From positions 2,652 through 66,651 of the forward strand of contig CAYRPF010000006.1 in NCBI GenBank assembly GCA_964426185.1: DNA of 64,000 bases, read 5' to 3'. The translations under genes and the position numbers were made by a program. Position 1 is the stretch's first letter. Each line of letters opens with the position of its first letter. The notes beneath the pieces were generated by a model. The model ran no database searches. It saw only the letters and a list, made by a program, of their open reading frames with translations, and was not told the DNA's origin. This document shows, piece by piece, positions 27,551 to 37,089 of the stretch. The DNA comes from an uncultured archaeon (GTDB lineage: Archaea > Asgardarchaeota > Lokiarchaeia > Sigyniarchaeales > Promethearchaeaceae).

Positions 27551-28189
27551 TTATTCAACAGGGTAAGGAACTCCGCCTTCCATTTTAAATTTTTGACCAC
27601 AAGCTTCACAAAAAGCGGAATCACTTTTTTTTAATAGAGAAACCATGGATTTAGGCATCACTGCCCCACAATTGGAACAATGAAATTTCGAAGGTTCATC
27701 TTCACCTTTCTCTTTTTCACCTTTTTCTGTTGATGGTTTCTTTGCCTGGTTCATCCCTTTCTTATCTTGTTGAGTTACCTTCTTGGCGATTTCTTCACGT
27801 GTCATTATCAAATCTTTCTCTGACTTGGGAAAGAAGAAGATTTTTAACCGTCGAATGGAGTTTTTATAGATTTCTACGACTGTTGCAAATTTTTGGTATC
27901 TGAAAAAACCGAAAGGAATTATAAAGAATACCCATGCAACAGAAAATAATATTATGACGATAACGAAAAGAATTAACTTCAAAATCCAGAAAATTCCTTT
28001 GAATATAGCTGCAAATCCATCTAGAATTCTATAAAGAAAATACAACAATGTAGCCAGCAAAGCAAAAACTACAATTCCAATAATAACCTTTTCTGGAGTT
28101 TCCATGGCTAAATAATTTTGCCACATACTGCTAAATCCTAACAAATTCACGGTTGAAAGAATGAATTGGATCATTAATATGCACTTCAT
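27551..28189 (-). CDS. Membrane protein with a C-terminal cytoplasmic zinc ribbon, hypothetical
   Basis: Three or four TM helices, then an acidic/basic linker and CSNCG...CEACG. I chose the start at Met28 (ATG 28189) to leave a promoter gap before the divergent gene. The track's ORF extends to 28270. Confidence 0.5.
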   Translation of the reverse strand: MKCILMIQFILSTVNLLGFSSMWQNYLAMETPEKVIIGIVVFALLATLLYFLYRILDGFAAIFKGIFWILKLILFVIVIILFSVAWVFFIIPFGFFRYQKFATVVEIYKNSIRRLKIFFFPKSEKDLIMTREEIAKKVTQQDKKGMNQAKKPSTEKGEKEKGEDEPSKFHCSNCGAVMPKSMVSLLKKSDSAFCEACGQKFKMEGGVPYPVE

Positions 28190-28294
28190 TATGATGATAT
28201 TATTGTTATATAATATTATCTCTTTTATTAGAAATAACTTTAGGCCAAAATTTGGCGTAGGATCTAACACTTTTATTTTATGGAATTTTAGATT

Positions 28295-30394
28295 ATGCTA
28301 ATGGAAAAAAACTTTGATAGATCATCTTCAAGCGATTTAACTTTCCGATTCGGCACTTGCACCAAAGATTGCTACGGAGCTTGCGTATTTTCCGGTTTAT
28401 GGAATGACAACAACATTCACCAGCCACTTAAAAAAACCATCCCTTCTGAAAATCACCCTTTCACTCAAGGAACCTTTTGCCCTAAATTCAGCAACAAGAT
28501 TGGTTCTATCTATCATCCTTCAAGACTAAAACACCCATTGAAACGAATGAACGAAAAACCCTGTCCAATTTCCGATTTTAATACCATTAGCATGGATGAT
28601 GCTTGGGAAATCTTAAATCAAAAATTATTAGATATTTACATTAAGTACGGTCCTGAGAAATTATTAGCCGCTTTTTATTCTGGAAACACCGGTTTACTCT
28701 CACAATATTCCCCATTACGTTTTTTTCATCAAATAAATGCTTTGGTTACCAATGGTGGGATATGCAATGAGGGGGGTTGCGCCGGGTTGAGTCAACTCTT
28801 CGGCACTTATTCACTCTCCCACCCTCTTCAAATCTTACGCCCCGAAAGCGATTTGATAGTTATTTGGAATTCAGATTTGACTAATAACAATAACCATGCC
28901 CATTTATTAGTTAGAAAAGCTCAACAGCGCGGCGCCAAATTGGTTGTAATCGATTCCCGTCGTACCAAAATTGCAGAACAAGCTGATTATTTTTACCAAA
29001 TCTCTCTGAATACGTCTCATTTGTTTAGTTTGGCGATAATTAGAGAAATATTGCAGAAGAAAGCAGAAAATAAAGAATTTCTAAACAAATATGTAAAAGA
29101 TTGGGAAGTTATTAAAAGTTTAATTGAAAATCTTGAATTTATTAACTTATTAAAGATCCTTGGTTTGACTCAAAATGATCTTGAAGAGATAACATCACTG
29201 CTTATCGAAAATATGGAACACAGTCTTTTTATGATTGGATATGGAACTCAAAAAGATCGTTTTGGGGGTTACTATGTTCAAATAATCGCTTTACTTCAAA
29301 TAATTTTAGGAAATATTGGAAAAGCGGGCGCTGGAATCATTTATTCTTTAAGCGATCATAAACGTGAGATTAAAGACAAAATAATTAGCAAAATCGCCCC
29401 ACAATCTAGCAATTATTTTGCAAACGAGGATGAATCTTTAAATATTATAAAATTGGCAGATATTCTAAAAAATAGGGATATAAAACTGCTTTTTATCTAC
29501 AACTTCAACCCTGCCAGTAGTTTACCAAATCAAACATTTCTGCGGGAGCAGTTGAAAAGAGAAGATCTATATGTCGTTGTGTTGGATTGTTTTCCCAACG
29601 AAACCATGGCATTTGCTGATTTAGTTTTTCCTATGAAAATGTCTGTGGAAACAAATGATTTAGTTTCCTCATATTACATGCCGGGACTTTCAATTACTCA
29701 AGCAGGACCTTGTCCTTATCCCGATTGCAATTCTTCTCATGAATTTTTCAATCAGTTGGGGATAGATATCGGTCATCAATTGAGTTGGAGCAAAGGAATT
29801 TTAAATTTATTCAAAACAAATTCAAAAGAGCTAGTAGAAGAATGTTTGCATGTTCTCTCATCAGAGCAGCAAACTAACATTTTGAATCATGGTTATACCT
29901 TATTTTTCAAACCCGAAGATATTTTCTATAAGGATATGAGTTTCGCCACTCGTTCGGGGAAAATTGAATTGGATTCCATTAAATCTTATTTATCAGAATT
30001 TCATTTAGCTACTATAAAAAAAATTCAGAAAGAACCTGATGAACTTTTCTTATATACTCCCCATCACCCCCGTTTTCTTCATTCTCAATTGGGAGAAATC
30101 AATCAAAAATTCCACGCCGATTTTTCCAAAGCTTTCATGAATCCAGGCGATATCGATAAATTCAAGTTGCAATTGGGTGAAAATGTGAAAATTTACAACA
30201 AGATAGGGGAAGGGATATATGAAGTTGCAAAAATGGATTCTTTGACAGAGGGAATGGTATTAATCTATTCTGGGGGTCCAAATCGTCATCCTTTAACGCC
30301 TAATGCGAATTTTTTTACCGATCCCCAACCAGAACTATTGGGACATTCTGGGTCCTATTTTATGGGCACGATAAGGCTTAAATCTCTTAAGTAA
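28295..30394 (+). CDS. Molybdopterin-dependent oxidoreductase (MopB/DMSO-reductase superfamily)
   Basis: N-terminal Cys cluster CTKDCYGAC...C; KLVVIDSRRTKIAEQADYF (the vvDPRrT..a..AD pattern); C-terminal molybdopterin-dinucleotide-binding barrel (MNPGDIDKFKLQLGENVKIYN). Confidence 0.78.
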   Translation: MLMEKNFDRSSSSDLTFRFGTCTKDCYGACVFSGLWNDNNIHQPLKKTIPSENHPFTQGTFCPKFSNKIGSIYHPSRLKHPLKRMNEKPCPISDFNTISMDDAWEILNQKLLDIYIKYGPEKLLAAFYSGNTGLLSQYSPLRFFHQINALVTNGGICNEGGCAGLSQLFGTYSLSHPLQILRPESDLIVIWNSDLTNNNNHAHLLVRKAQQRGAKLVVIDSRRTKIAEQADYFYQISLNTSHLFSLAIIREILQKKAENKEFLNKYVKDWEVIKSLIENLEFINLLKILGLTQNDLEEITSLLIENMEHSLFMIGYGTQKDRFGGYYVQIIALLQIILGNIGKAGAGIIYSLSDHKREIKDKIISKIAPQSSNYFANEDESLNIIKLADILKNRDIKLLFIYNFNPASSLPNQTFLREQLKREDLYVVVLDCFPNETMAFADLVFPMKMSVETNDLVSSYYMPGLSITQAGPCPYPDCNSSHEFFNQLGIDIGHQLSWSKGILNLFKTNSKELVEECLHVLSSEQQTNILNHGYTLFFKPEDIFYKDMSFATRSGKIELDSIKSYLSEFHLATIKKIQKEPDELFLYTPHHPRFLHSQLGEINQKFHADFSKAFMNPGDIDKFKLQLGENVKIYNKIGEGIYEVAKMDSLTEGMVLIYSGGPNRHPLTPNANFFTDPQPELLGHSGSYFMGTIRLKSLK

Positions 30395-30415
30395 TACTTT
30401 TTTCCTTTCTTTTAT

Positions 30416-30988
30416 TTAGTGAAATTTACTGTCGATTTTTCCCAGAGCAGATTTCCACTCTTTGATTTTTTCGGAGATTTCCTCATATAGTATCCTTTCT
30501 TCTTGGGTAAGGTAACGCTCAGATTGACTTTTACCCGTTTGAACGGCTAGTCGATTTATTTTAGCTAACCGAACTCTAATTAAATCATTTACATCGCTTA
30601 ATAACTGCTTAAATTCTTGACGAGGGACTTTTCCTTGTTCATATAATGAATTTATAATCTCCAATTGTTCCCTTGCTTGAGTGTAAATAAAGTCTTCAGC
30701 AATTTTTCCCAATTCTGGATTTGTTGATTCTTGGAAATTAATTTTCTGAATTCCTTTTCGATCTAATTGGCTTGAATCATCAAATTTAACTACCCCTTCT
30801 TCTACCAAGATTCGAGCGATGTATTGTTCTATCGTCATTGGATGGCCCAATTTAAACGGACCAATAAATTTTCCCAAAATAGAGAAAGAAGGGAATTCTT
30901 TGATTACAATAACATCTACTTTTTGGTGAATGTATTCATTTTGATCTCGTTTTAATTTGTTTTTAATTGAAAATGGGCACATAAACAA
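30416..30988 (-). CDS. GINS complex subunit-like (beta-rich domain first, then helical domain: Gins23-type order)
   Basis: ILGKFIGPFKLGHPMTIEQYIARILVEEGVV (B-domain pattern), then the helical region with VRLAKINRLA and LTQEERILYEEI, which match GINS/Sld5-family patterns. Confidence 0.55.
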   Translation of the reverse strand: MFMCPFSIKNKLKRDQNEYIHQKVDVIVIKEFPSFSILGKFIGPFKLGHPMTIEQYIARILVEEGVVKFDDSSQLDRKGIQKINFQESTNPELGKIAEDFIYTQAREQLEIINSLYEQGKVPRQEFKQLLSDVNDLIRVRLAKINRLAVQTGKSQSERYLTQEERILYEEISEKIKEWKSALGKIDSKFH

Positions 30989-31078
30989 GAAATTTAAGCA
31001 CTATTTCTTTAAAAAATGCGTTGTTGGAAGATCAATAAAAAGAAAAAGAAAAAAAGGATTATAATCAATGTAATAATC

Positions 31079-34000
31079 ATGAATTTTTTGGATTTTTGGA
31101 AAGTATTCAGTATTCCTACCACTTTAAATGCTTGGACAATTGGTTTATTAATTTTCTTTGTGGGCAGTGTTATTTTGGGCTATATTATGATGGCATCTCA
31201 AGTAAAAATAGTTAAGAAAGAATTTTGGAAGGGAACAGATACCTTAAAATGTTTTATTTTTGGGTTTTTCTTTGGAAGTGCTTTAACCGTTATTGGAACT
31301 ACAATTATTACCTTCATTTTTGATTTAAACGATTTAGGATATCATGATCAAGCCATTCTACTAATCCTTCCAATGGTATTTTGCTTAATTTTTGTTAGCA
31401 TATATCCTCTTATTGAATTTTTATTTATGGCTCATTTTTCACATTATATATCCACTACACCTTTCCAAAAACCATTTGAATCTCTGATTAAAAAATTTCG
31501 AAAACCTTGGAGTTATATTATCGCGGTTATTTTATATTTCGTCGTTATGGTACTTCCAATTATTATTATGGTTGCGGGATTTCAAATTAAATTCATTATC
31601 GCTTGGTTAAGTTGGCAGTTAATATATCCCATGATTATCATTCTTTACTATGCATCCGTTGGTTATATCATAGCCTTTGGAATTTTTACTATTAGTATTC
31701 CATATTTACCGCGATCAACTTTTCTTCATCATGATAAGAGTAAACGAGCTGTGCAAGAATTTTTCCGAGATCCTGGTACTTATTTTACCTATTTCACCTT
31801 ATTTTATTCTTATATTTATTTCATTTACCGAACCTATGCTACTCTCACGAGATTTGATCTAAATTATGTTGCTTATTATCCTCCATGGTATAACGTTGAT
31901 TGGTCTATTCCTATTTCGTTAGCATTTGCAGTTACTGCATATTATCATCGATATTGGAAAAGAAAAGTTAAATCCTCCACACAATCTATTTTATTTTCCA
32001 CTTTTTTAATCGCGGCAATGGGAGTAAACATTATGTTGAATTACTTAATTTCCCGTCCATTTGTATTTCAAGAATTATTCGAAAAATGGGTTGTTACTGC
32101 TGAACTTTATGATGTACGCGGTTTCAACATATTGGGAAATCCCGTTGGAGTTTATACGGAGTTAAATTTGATTGGTGTGATCGAAGAATTGATGCTTTTC
32201 GTGATTATCTCTTATTTTTTCTTCATTCAAAAAAATCATAAAGCTATTCGTGATACATTCTTTGGAACGGTGACTTCTTCCGAAGAAAAATTCAATCCTA
32301 TTCCTGCATTCAACATGATTCGTTTTCAAGACGAATTTGAACAGCAATTTGCGTACGAATCTTTAGAACGAATGTACACGCGGATTCCTAATAAGCGTGG
32401 CTATGATTTCATTCAAAACAGATTTAGATTACCTCTTTTTGATGCACTTTCAGATCGTTCTCATAGATTTGGATATTATTGGAGTCAAAAACTTCTCACA
32501 AAAATAATGTCTGTTTATCCTATGAGGATAGCACCATTAGTCGAAAATGGATTACAATCTCCCAACAGCGACTTAATTTCTTCGATTTTTCAATGTTTCA
32601 CCCCTGAAACTTATCTATGTTTGAAAAAAATCGATGAAAAATTAATTCTATTTCACCTTAACGGTAGAAATTTAATTCTTAAACAACAAGCTCTAAAGAT
32701 TTTGCTGTTAAAATACACCAATGAAGAAGATTCTCAACTATCTCCATCAGATGAGCTATTAGAAGCTGCTCAACGGCTTCTTCTATTTCCTGATTATAAT
32801 ATCCAGAGTATGACTCTTCGTCTATTAGCGAACTTCCCAGAACAGGTTGATCATTCTATCTTTCTTTCCCGATTGAATGATCCCATTCCAGTTATTCAAA
32901 ATTCTGTAGCGCATATTGCAGGCGAAATTGCTAAGGATGAGATCAACTCATTAAGTATTCCAAAATTAATTGAAATGGCTTCGGATATTAATCCTAATAT
33001 TCGTGTAAAAGTTTTAGACACATTAGCAAAAATGGGGAATTTTGAAAAAAACAACATCCCAATTGAAATCTTCAAAGATAATATGTTTGATCCAAATGAT
33101 AAGATTCGACAAGTCTCCTTTCATGGATTGAGGGCTTATCTTCAAGAAAAACCCTACGCAATTTCAGTTAATTATTTATTGGAAATAACAGAAAATACTG
33201 AAATTGAAACCCAAAAATACCTTATCACTTTATTCCCCCCAATTTGGAAGCAAAATCCTTCTAAAATTTTGTCAATTTTGAAAAAATATTTAAAAATGCC
33301 TGAGCACAGCCTTTCTCGTTTAGCTCAAGAGCAAATTCTTAAAATGGCTCAACAAGATCCGCGATTTCTGGTGTCCGAATTGATATATGAATCTGAAACT
33401 GAAAGTATTTTGACGCGTGGGAAAATTGCCCAAACAATTCTTCAAATCTGTTTAAAATTTCCTAAGCAAACTATCCCTCTTTTGATTAAAAACCTCTCTT
33501 CTACAAATACTAATGCAAAAATTAATGCTGCTCGTGTATTAACAGATTTTTCCAAAAATCATACTCTTAACATCCCATTAAAAACTTTAGTTAATATTTG
33601 GAGAAATGAACCATCAGAAAACATAAAAAATGAATTAATTCCATTAATTAAGTATGTTGGGTTAAAAGAGCCTAATAAAATTGCACAATTCATTGAAGAT
33701 TTTAGTAAAATTTATGCTAAATCAAGTAAAGCTTTAAAACTATCCATTGCAAAAATGTTTTCCATTTTATCGGCTAAGAATCCAAACCTCATTCCTTTGA
33801 AATTGGTTGAGAAGATGGTCGAAGATCCAGAATCTTCCATCCGAGAACAAGGCTATAATATTTTAAGTAAAATTGAAGACAAAAATTTGAAAAAAAGGAT
33901 TAATATTTTGAAAAAGGGGTTGAAAGAAGAAGATCTGAACATTAAGAAAAATGTAATTCAAGATTTAATGAAATTGGCTTTGCACTTAAACGACTCCAAG

Positions 34001-34516
34001 CTATTTACCAACATTCTCAAATTACTCGATGATTCAAATAAATGGACTAGAAAAGCAGTGTGGGATGCTCTTGCATTGTTGGAAAACCAGTCGAAAAATG
34101 TATTAGATGTAAAGAAGATCTTGAGCAATATTGATCTAAATACTGAAGTAGAAGAAGTTATTTATTCCTTTTTAAAATGGGCAGGAATGTTAAGTAAAAA
34201 TGAATTTGAGCAAATATTTCCTTATATATTGAAATTAATGGAACATGAAAAGGAATCAATTCGGACTGCTGCAATTTCAACTTTAGTCAGATTATCGGAA
34301 AATTTAAAATCCGATCAGATAATTCCACGGTTGCTAAGTTATCTTTCAGATGAAACTCCAGTTAGACTGGAAGAATCGGTGGTTTTAGCACTAAACCGGA
34401 TTGCAAAATATGAGAAAAAAGAAATTAAAGAGCGAGTGATTAGATTATTAAGTATTCGAGCTCACAACACACAGAATAAAATTTTCCAACATGTTTTAGC
34501 AGATTTAAAAAAATAG
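31079..34516 (+). CDS. Polytopic membrane protein fused to a long HEAT/ARM-repeat solenoid
   Basis: The first roughly 390 aa hold about 10 hydrophobic helices. The remaining roughly 750 aa show repeated HEAT-like units (DINPNIRVKVLDTLAKMG, DPNDKIRQVSFHGLRAY, DPESSIREQGYNILSKI, DSNKWTRKAVWDALALL, HEKESIRTAAISTLVRLS). Start taken at ATG 31079 (MNFLDFW) rather than the poly-K leader at 31016. Confidence 0.7.
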   Translation: MNFLDFWKVFSIPTTLNAWTIGLLIFFVGSVILGYIMMASQVKIVKKEFWKGTDTLKCFIFGFFFGSALTVIGTTIITFIFDLNDLGYHDQAILLILPMVFCLIFVSIYPLIEFLFMAHFSHYISTTPFQKPFESLIKKFRKPWSYIIAVILYFVVMVLPIIIMVAGFQIKFIIAWLSWQLIYPMIIILYYASVGYIIAFGIFTISIPYLPRSTFLHHDKSKRAVQEFFRDPGTYFTYFTLFYSYIYFIYRTYATLTRFDLNYVAYYPPWYNVDWSIPISLAFAVTAYYHRYWKRKVKSSTQSILFSTFLIAAMGVNIMLNYLISRPFVFQELFEKWVVTAELYDVRGFNILGNPVGVYTELNLIGVIEELMLFVIISYFFFIQKNHKAIRDTFFGTVTSSEEKFNPIPAFNMIRFQDEFEQQFAYESLERMYTRIPNKRGYDFIQNRFRLPLFDALSDRSHRFGYYWSQKLLTKIMSVYPMRIAPLVENGLQSPNSDLISSIFQCFTPETYLCLKKIDEKLILFHLNGRNLILKQQALKILLLKYTNEEDSQLSPSDELLEAAQRLLLFPDYNIQSMTLRLLANFPEQVDHSIFLSRLNDPIPVIQNSVAHIAGEIAKDEINSLSIPKLIEMASDINPNIRVKVLDTLAKMGNFEKNNIPIEIFKDNMFDPNDKIRQVSFHGLRAYLQEKPYAISVNYLLEITENTEIETQKYLITLFPPIWKQNPSKILSILKKYLKMPEHSLSRLAQEQILKMAQQDPRFLVSELIYESETESILTRGKIAQTILQICLKFPKQTIPLLIKNLSSTNTNAKINAARVLTDFSKNHTLNIPLKTLVNIWRNEPSENIKNELIPLIKYVGLKEPNKIAQFIEDFSKIYAKSSKALKLSIAKMFSILSAKNPNLIPLKLVEKMVEDPESSIREQGYNILSKIEDKNLKKRINILKKGLKEEDLNIKKNVIQDLMKLALHLNDSKLFTNILKLLDDSNKWTRKAVWDALALLENQSKNVLDVKKILSNIDLNTEVEEVIYSFLKWAGMLSKNEFEQIFPYILKLMEHEKESIRTAAISTLVRLSENLKSDQIIPRLLSYLSDETPVRLEESVVLALNRIAKYEKKEIKERVIRLLSIRAHNTQNKIFQHVLADLKK

Positions 34517-34520
34517 GAGA

Positions 34521-36119
34521 TCATTTAAGTGAAGAAAGTAATGAAGAATATTTCTGCTTCATCTTTATATTGATCAATTCTTTGTCAAATAGATTTTTTA
34601 TTCCTACTTCAATATTTTTTCGATAATCTACTGTTTTTTCTAAAGTAAATTCGAAATTACTTCGCAGTTTCATGTCATCATCCAAAATTTCAGAAATATC
34701 CTTTTCAAACTGAAAAAACGCATCAGAAAATGGTTTTCTAGAGAGATTTGGACCGATTATCGAGGGAAGGATGATTTCAAATCGCTCCTCAAAATCATCA
34801 TCTTCTATGAGAGCGATTCCAATTGGAATATAAAATTTACTTGTTGGATTACGAATATTAGTGATCTCATCATTAATCTGCCATTTTCTAATTTCATTTT
34901 CAGTTTGCATACATTCTTTCATTTTTTCATCAATAATGGATAAAATTTCCTGTTCGAGTGTTGATAATTCATCTAAATTCTTTTGAATTATCCTAATTTT
35001 TTCAGAGTGCTCTTGTTTTAAATTTTGAATTTTCTGCTCTTGTTCTTCTTTTTTCATCTGTAATTCTTGAGCAAGTAATGCAACTTTTTCTTCCGCGGAT
35101 AGATTAGTTTTCTCCAATTCCTCGCGAATATGATTTATTTTATTTGAAATCAAATCAAGTTCATTATTTGATTTATCTAATATTTCTCTAAGAAATGCAA
35201 CGTTTTGAAAGGCATCAACCACTACATCTCCAATTTTTCTGGTTTTTAAAGTATCTAACTGGAGAAATTCGCTATTATGCTTGTTTGCATCTTCAAATAA
35301 TAGATCAATTCTAATAAATAGCTTGCCTATCCGTTCAATAATTGATTTCTGTTCTTGAAGAATCCATTGATCAATATTATTTCTTGCTTCATCCATTTTG
35401 GCTTTAATGCTTACATCATCAATTTGATCCAGATTTTTTATCTTCTTTTTATAAAAATCATCTACATCTTTCAATTGTACTTTTAAATCTAATTTCCATT
35501 TCTCGATAGGTTCAGTTACTAAATCTATCAAAGTTTTCCAACGATGTTTGGTTCCTCTAATGAAATTTAACAATTCAATCCATTCTTGTGCATAATCTAA
35601 AGCATCATCAAACGAGTATTGGCTTTCTAATTGTTCAATTTTCGAAAGATCTACCGGCTTCACATATTTCATCATTTTTCCTAATCCATTTAGAATTTCA
35701 GGAGGAAATAAACCAGGTATTTTCTTTATGAGATATTCATTATCGGAAACATCGGTTTGCTGTTCAGAAATCTCTATTGTTTCTTGAAATTTAATAATTG
35801 ATTTTGCCTTTTTTAAGCGTTCTAAATATTCCAAATCTTTATTACGTAGAATGTGACCTACTTGGGCACTTCTGGGAGCATTTGGAATTTTATTTTCAAA
35901 AAACAACACTCCAACATTATCTATTACTAATTTAGCATTTGGTTCGGATTGAATAAACATGATGGGCCAAAGTATTTCTGAGATTTTAACAATATGTTCT
36001 TTCTCTAAATTTAATCTATTTAAAATTGTGATGAAATTTATAGCAAGAGTTTCATTTAAACTTAACTCAAGGTGCGTTTTTTCTTCTAGGGTAAAGGGAA
36101 ATTTGTTAACCATATACAC
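34521..36119 (-). CDS. Hypothetical protein: N-terminal alpha/beta region, central coiled coil, acidic C-terminal domain
   Basis: Long intact ORF with protein-like composition. There are heptad-like K/E/Q-rich stretches (aa about 300-400). No motif recognised. Confidence 0.6.
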   Translation of the reverse strand: MYMVNKFPFTLEEKTHLELSLNETLAINFITILNRLNLEKEHIVKISEILWPIMFIQSEPNAKLVIDNVGVLFFENKIPNAPRSAQVGHILRNKDLEYLERLKKAKSIIKFQETIEISEQQTDVSDNEYLIKKIPGLFPPEILNGLGKMMKYVKPVDLSKIEQLESQYSFDDALDYAQEWIELLNFIRGTKHRWKTLIDLVTEPIEKWKLDLKVQLKDVDDFYKKKIKNLDQIDDVSIKAKMDEARNNIDQWILQEQKSIIERIGKLFIRIDLLFEDANKHNSEFLQLDTLKTRKIGDVVVDAFQNVAFLREILDKSNNELDLISNKINHIREELEKTNLSAEEKVALLAQELQMKKEEQEQKIQNLKQEHSEKIRIIQKNLDELSTLEQEILSIIDEKMKECMQTENEIRKWQINDEITNIRNPTSKFYIPIGIALIEDDDFEERFEIILPSIIGPNLSRKPFSDAFFQFEKDISEILDDDMKLRSNFEFTLEKTVDYRKNIEVGIKNLFDKELINIKMKQKYSSLLSSLK

Positions 36120-36197
36120 TCGCTCTGATACTTGATAATACTATATTCTATTTCTTACCAAAAAATATATATTTATTCTTATCCACAAAAAAGATCA

Positions 36198-37043
36198 ATG
36201 AAAGAATCACAAGAAAGTATCGAAGTTATGGTTGAATGCCCAAATTGCAAAAAAACCAAACTAATCACAGTTCCAAAATATCTCTTTTCAAATAAAAAAA
36301 TGGGAACTTTGAAAGTTCAAGTTCATTCTGGGATTTGCTGTGAGCATGAATTTATTGCTTTTGTATCCAATAATGGAAAAGTACGGGGTTATGAATCAAT
36401 TGATATGGCTTTAGATCTTTCCAAAGTTGAGAAAGCAGCTGTTGAAGGTAAAATTTTCTTACGAGATCTAATTGCTACATATGGTGACTATGCAATAAGT
36501 TCATGTTTACATGCAATATTATGTAATTTTCCCATCATTTTTCTCCGTTCATCTTTAGAAAAGAGTAAAACCGCATTAATCTCCCATCTATTGAATGAAT
36601 TTTTGCCAGATGTATATAAACAAACATTGGTTCAAGTTTCCACGATTATAGAGTCGGAATACCAAGAAAGTCATATTGGTGACTGTTTGGTAATTAGTCC
36701 TGGGGGTGTAGTTGCCCATTCTCCATGGCAAGACATTCCCTTAAAGTTAGAGAAGGAACTACTCACGGATGCTTTAGGAATCTTAGATGACGAATCTCAA
36801 ACAGTAGTTATGCAACAAGAATTAGGCAAAATTTTCGAACATGCGGAATTTATCATAAAAAAGATAGAAAAAAAGGAGATATATGAAGAAGACTTAATGA
36901 AAGATTTTAAGAAAGAATTTAAAAAACCTCTTAATGAGGCATATTTGAACTTATTAAAACAAGTGATTGAATATCGTTATAAGAAGGATGTTTCTCGTAT
37001 AAAAATACGCAGTTTTGACACCTTAAAAGAAGGTTTATGGTAA
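36198..37043 (+). CDS. Hypothetical protein with an N-terminal zinc ribbon
   Basis: CPNCKK...x...CCEH four-Cys/His arrangement in the first 60 aa; the rest is unrecognised. Start taken at ATG 36198 (MKESQESIEV). Confidence 0.55.
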   Translation: MKESQESIEVMVECPNCKKTKLITVPKYLFSNKKMGTLKVQVHSGICCEHEFIAFVSNNGKVRGYESIDMALDLSKVEKAAVEGKIFLRDLIATYGDYAISSCLHAILCNFPIIFLRSSLEKSKTALISHLLNEFLPDVYKQTLVQVSTIIESEYQESHIGDCLVISPGGVVAHSPWQDIPLKLEKELLTDALGILDDESQTVVMQQELGKIFEHAEFIIKKIEKKEIYEEDLMKDFKKEFKKPLNEAYLNLLKQVIEYRYKKDVSRIKIRSFDTLKEGLW

Positions 37044-37089
37044 TAAACACTTTAAAAGAAGATTTTTCTGTTTTTTTTAACTATATTAA

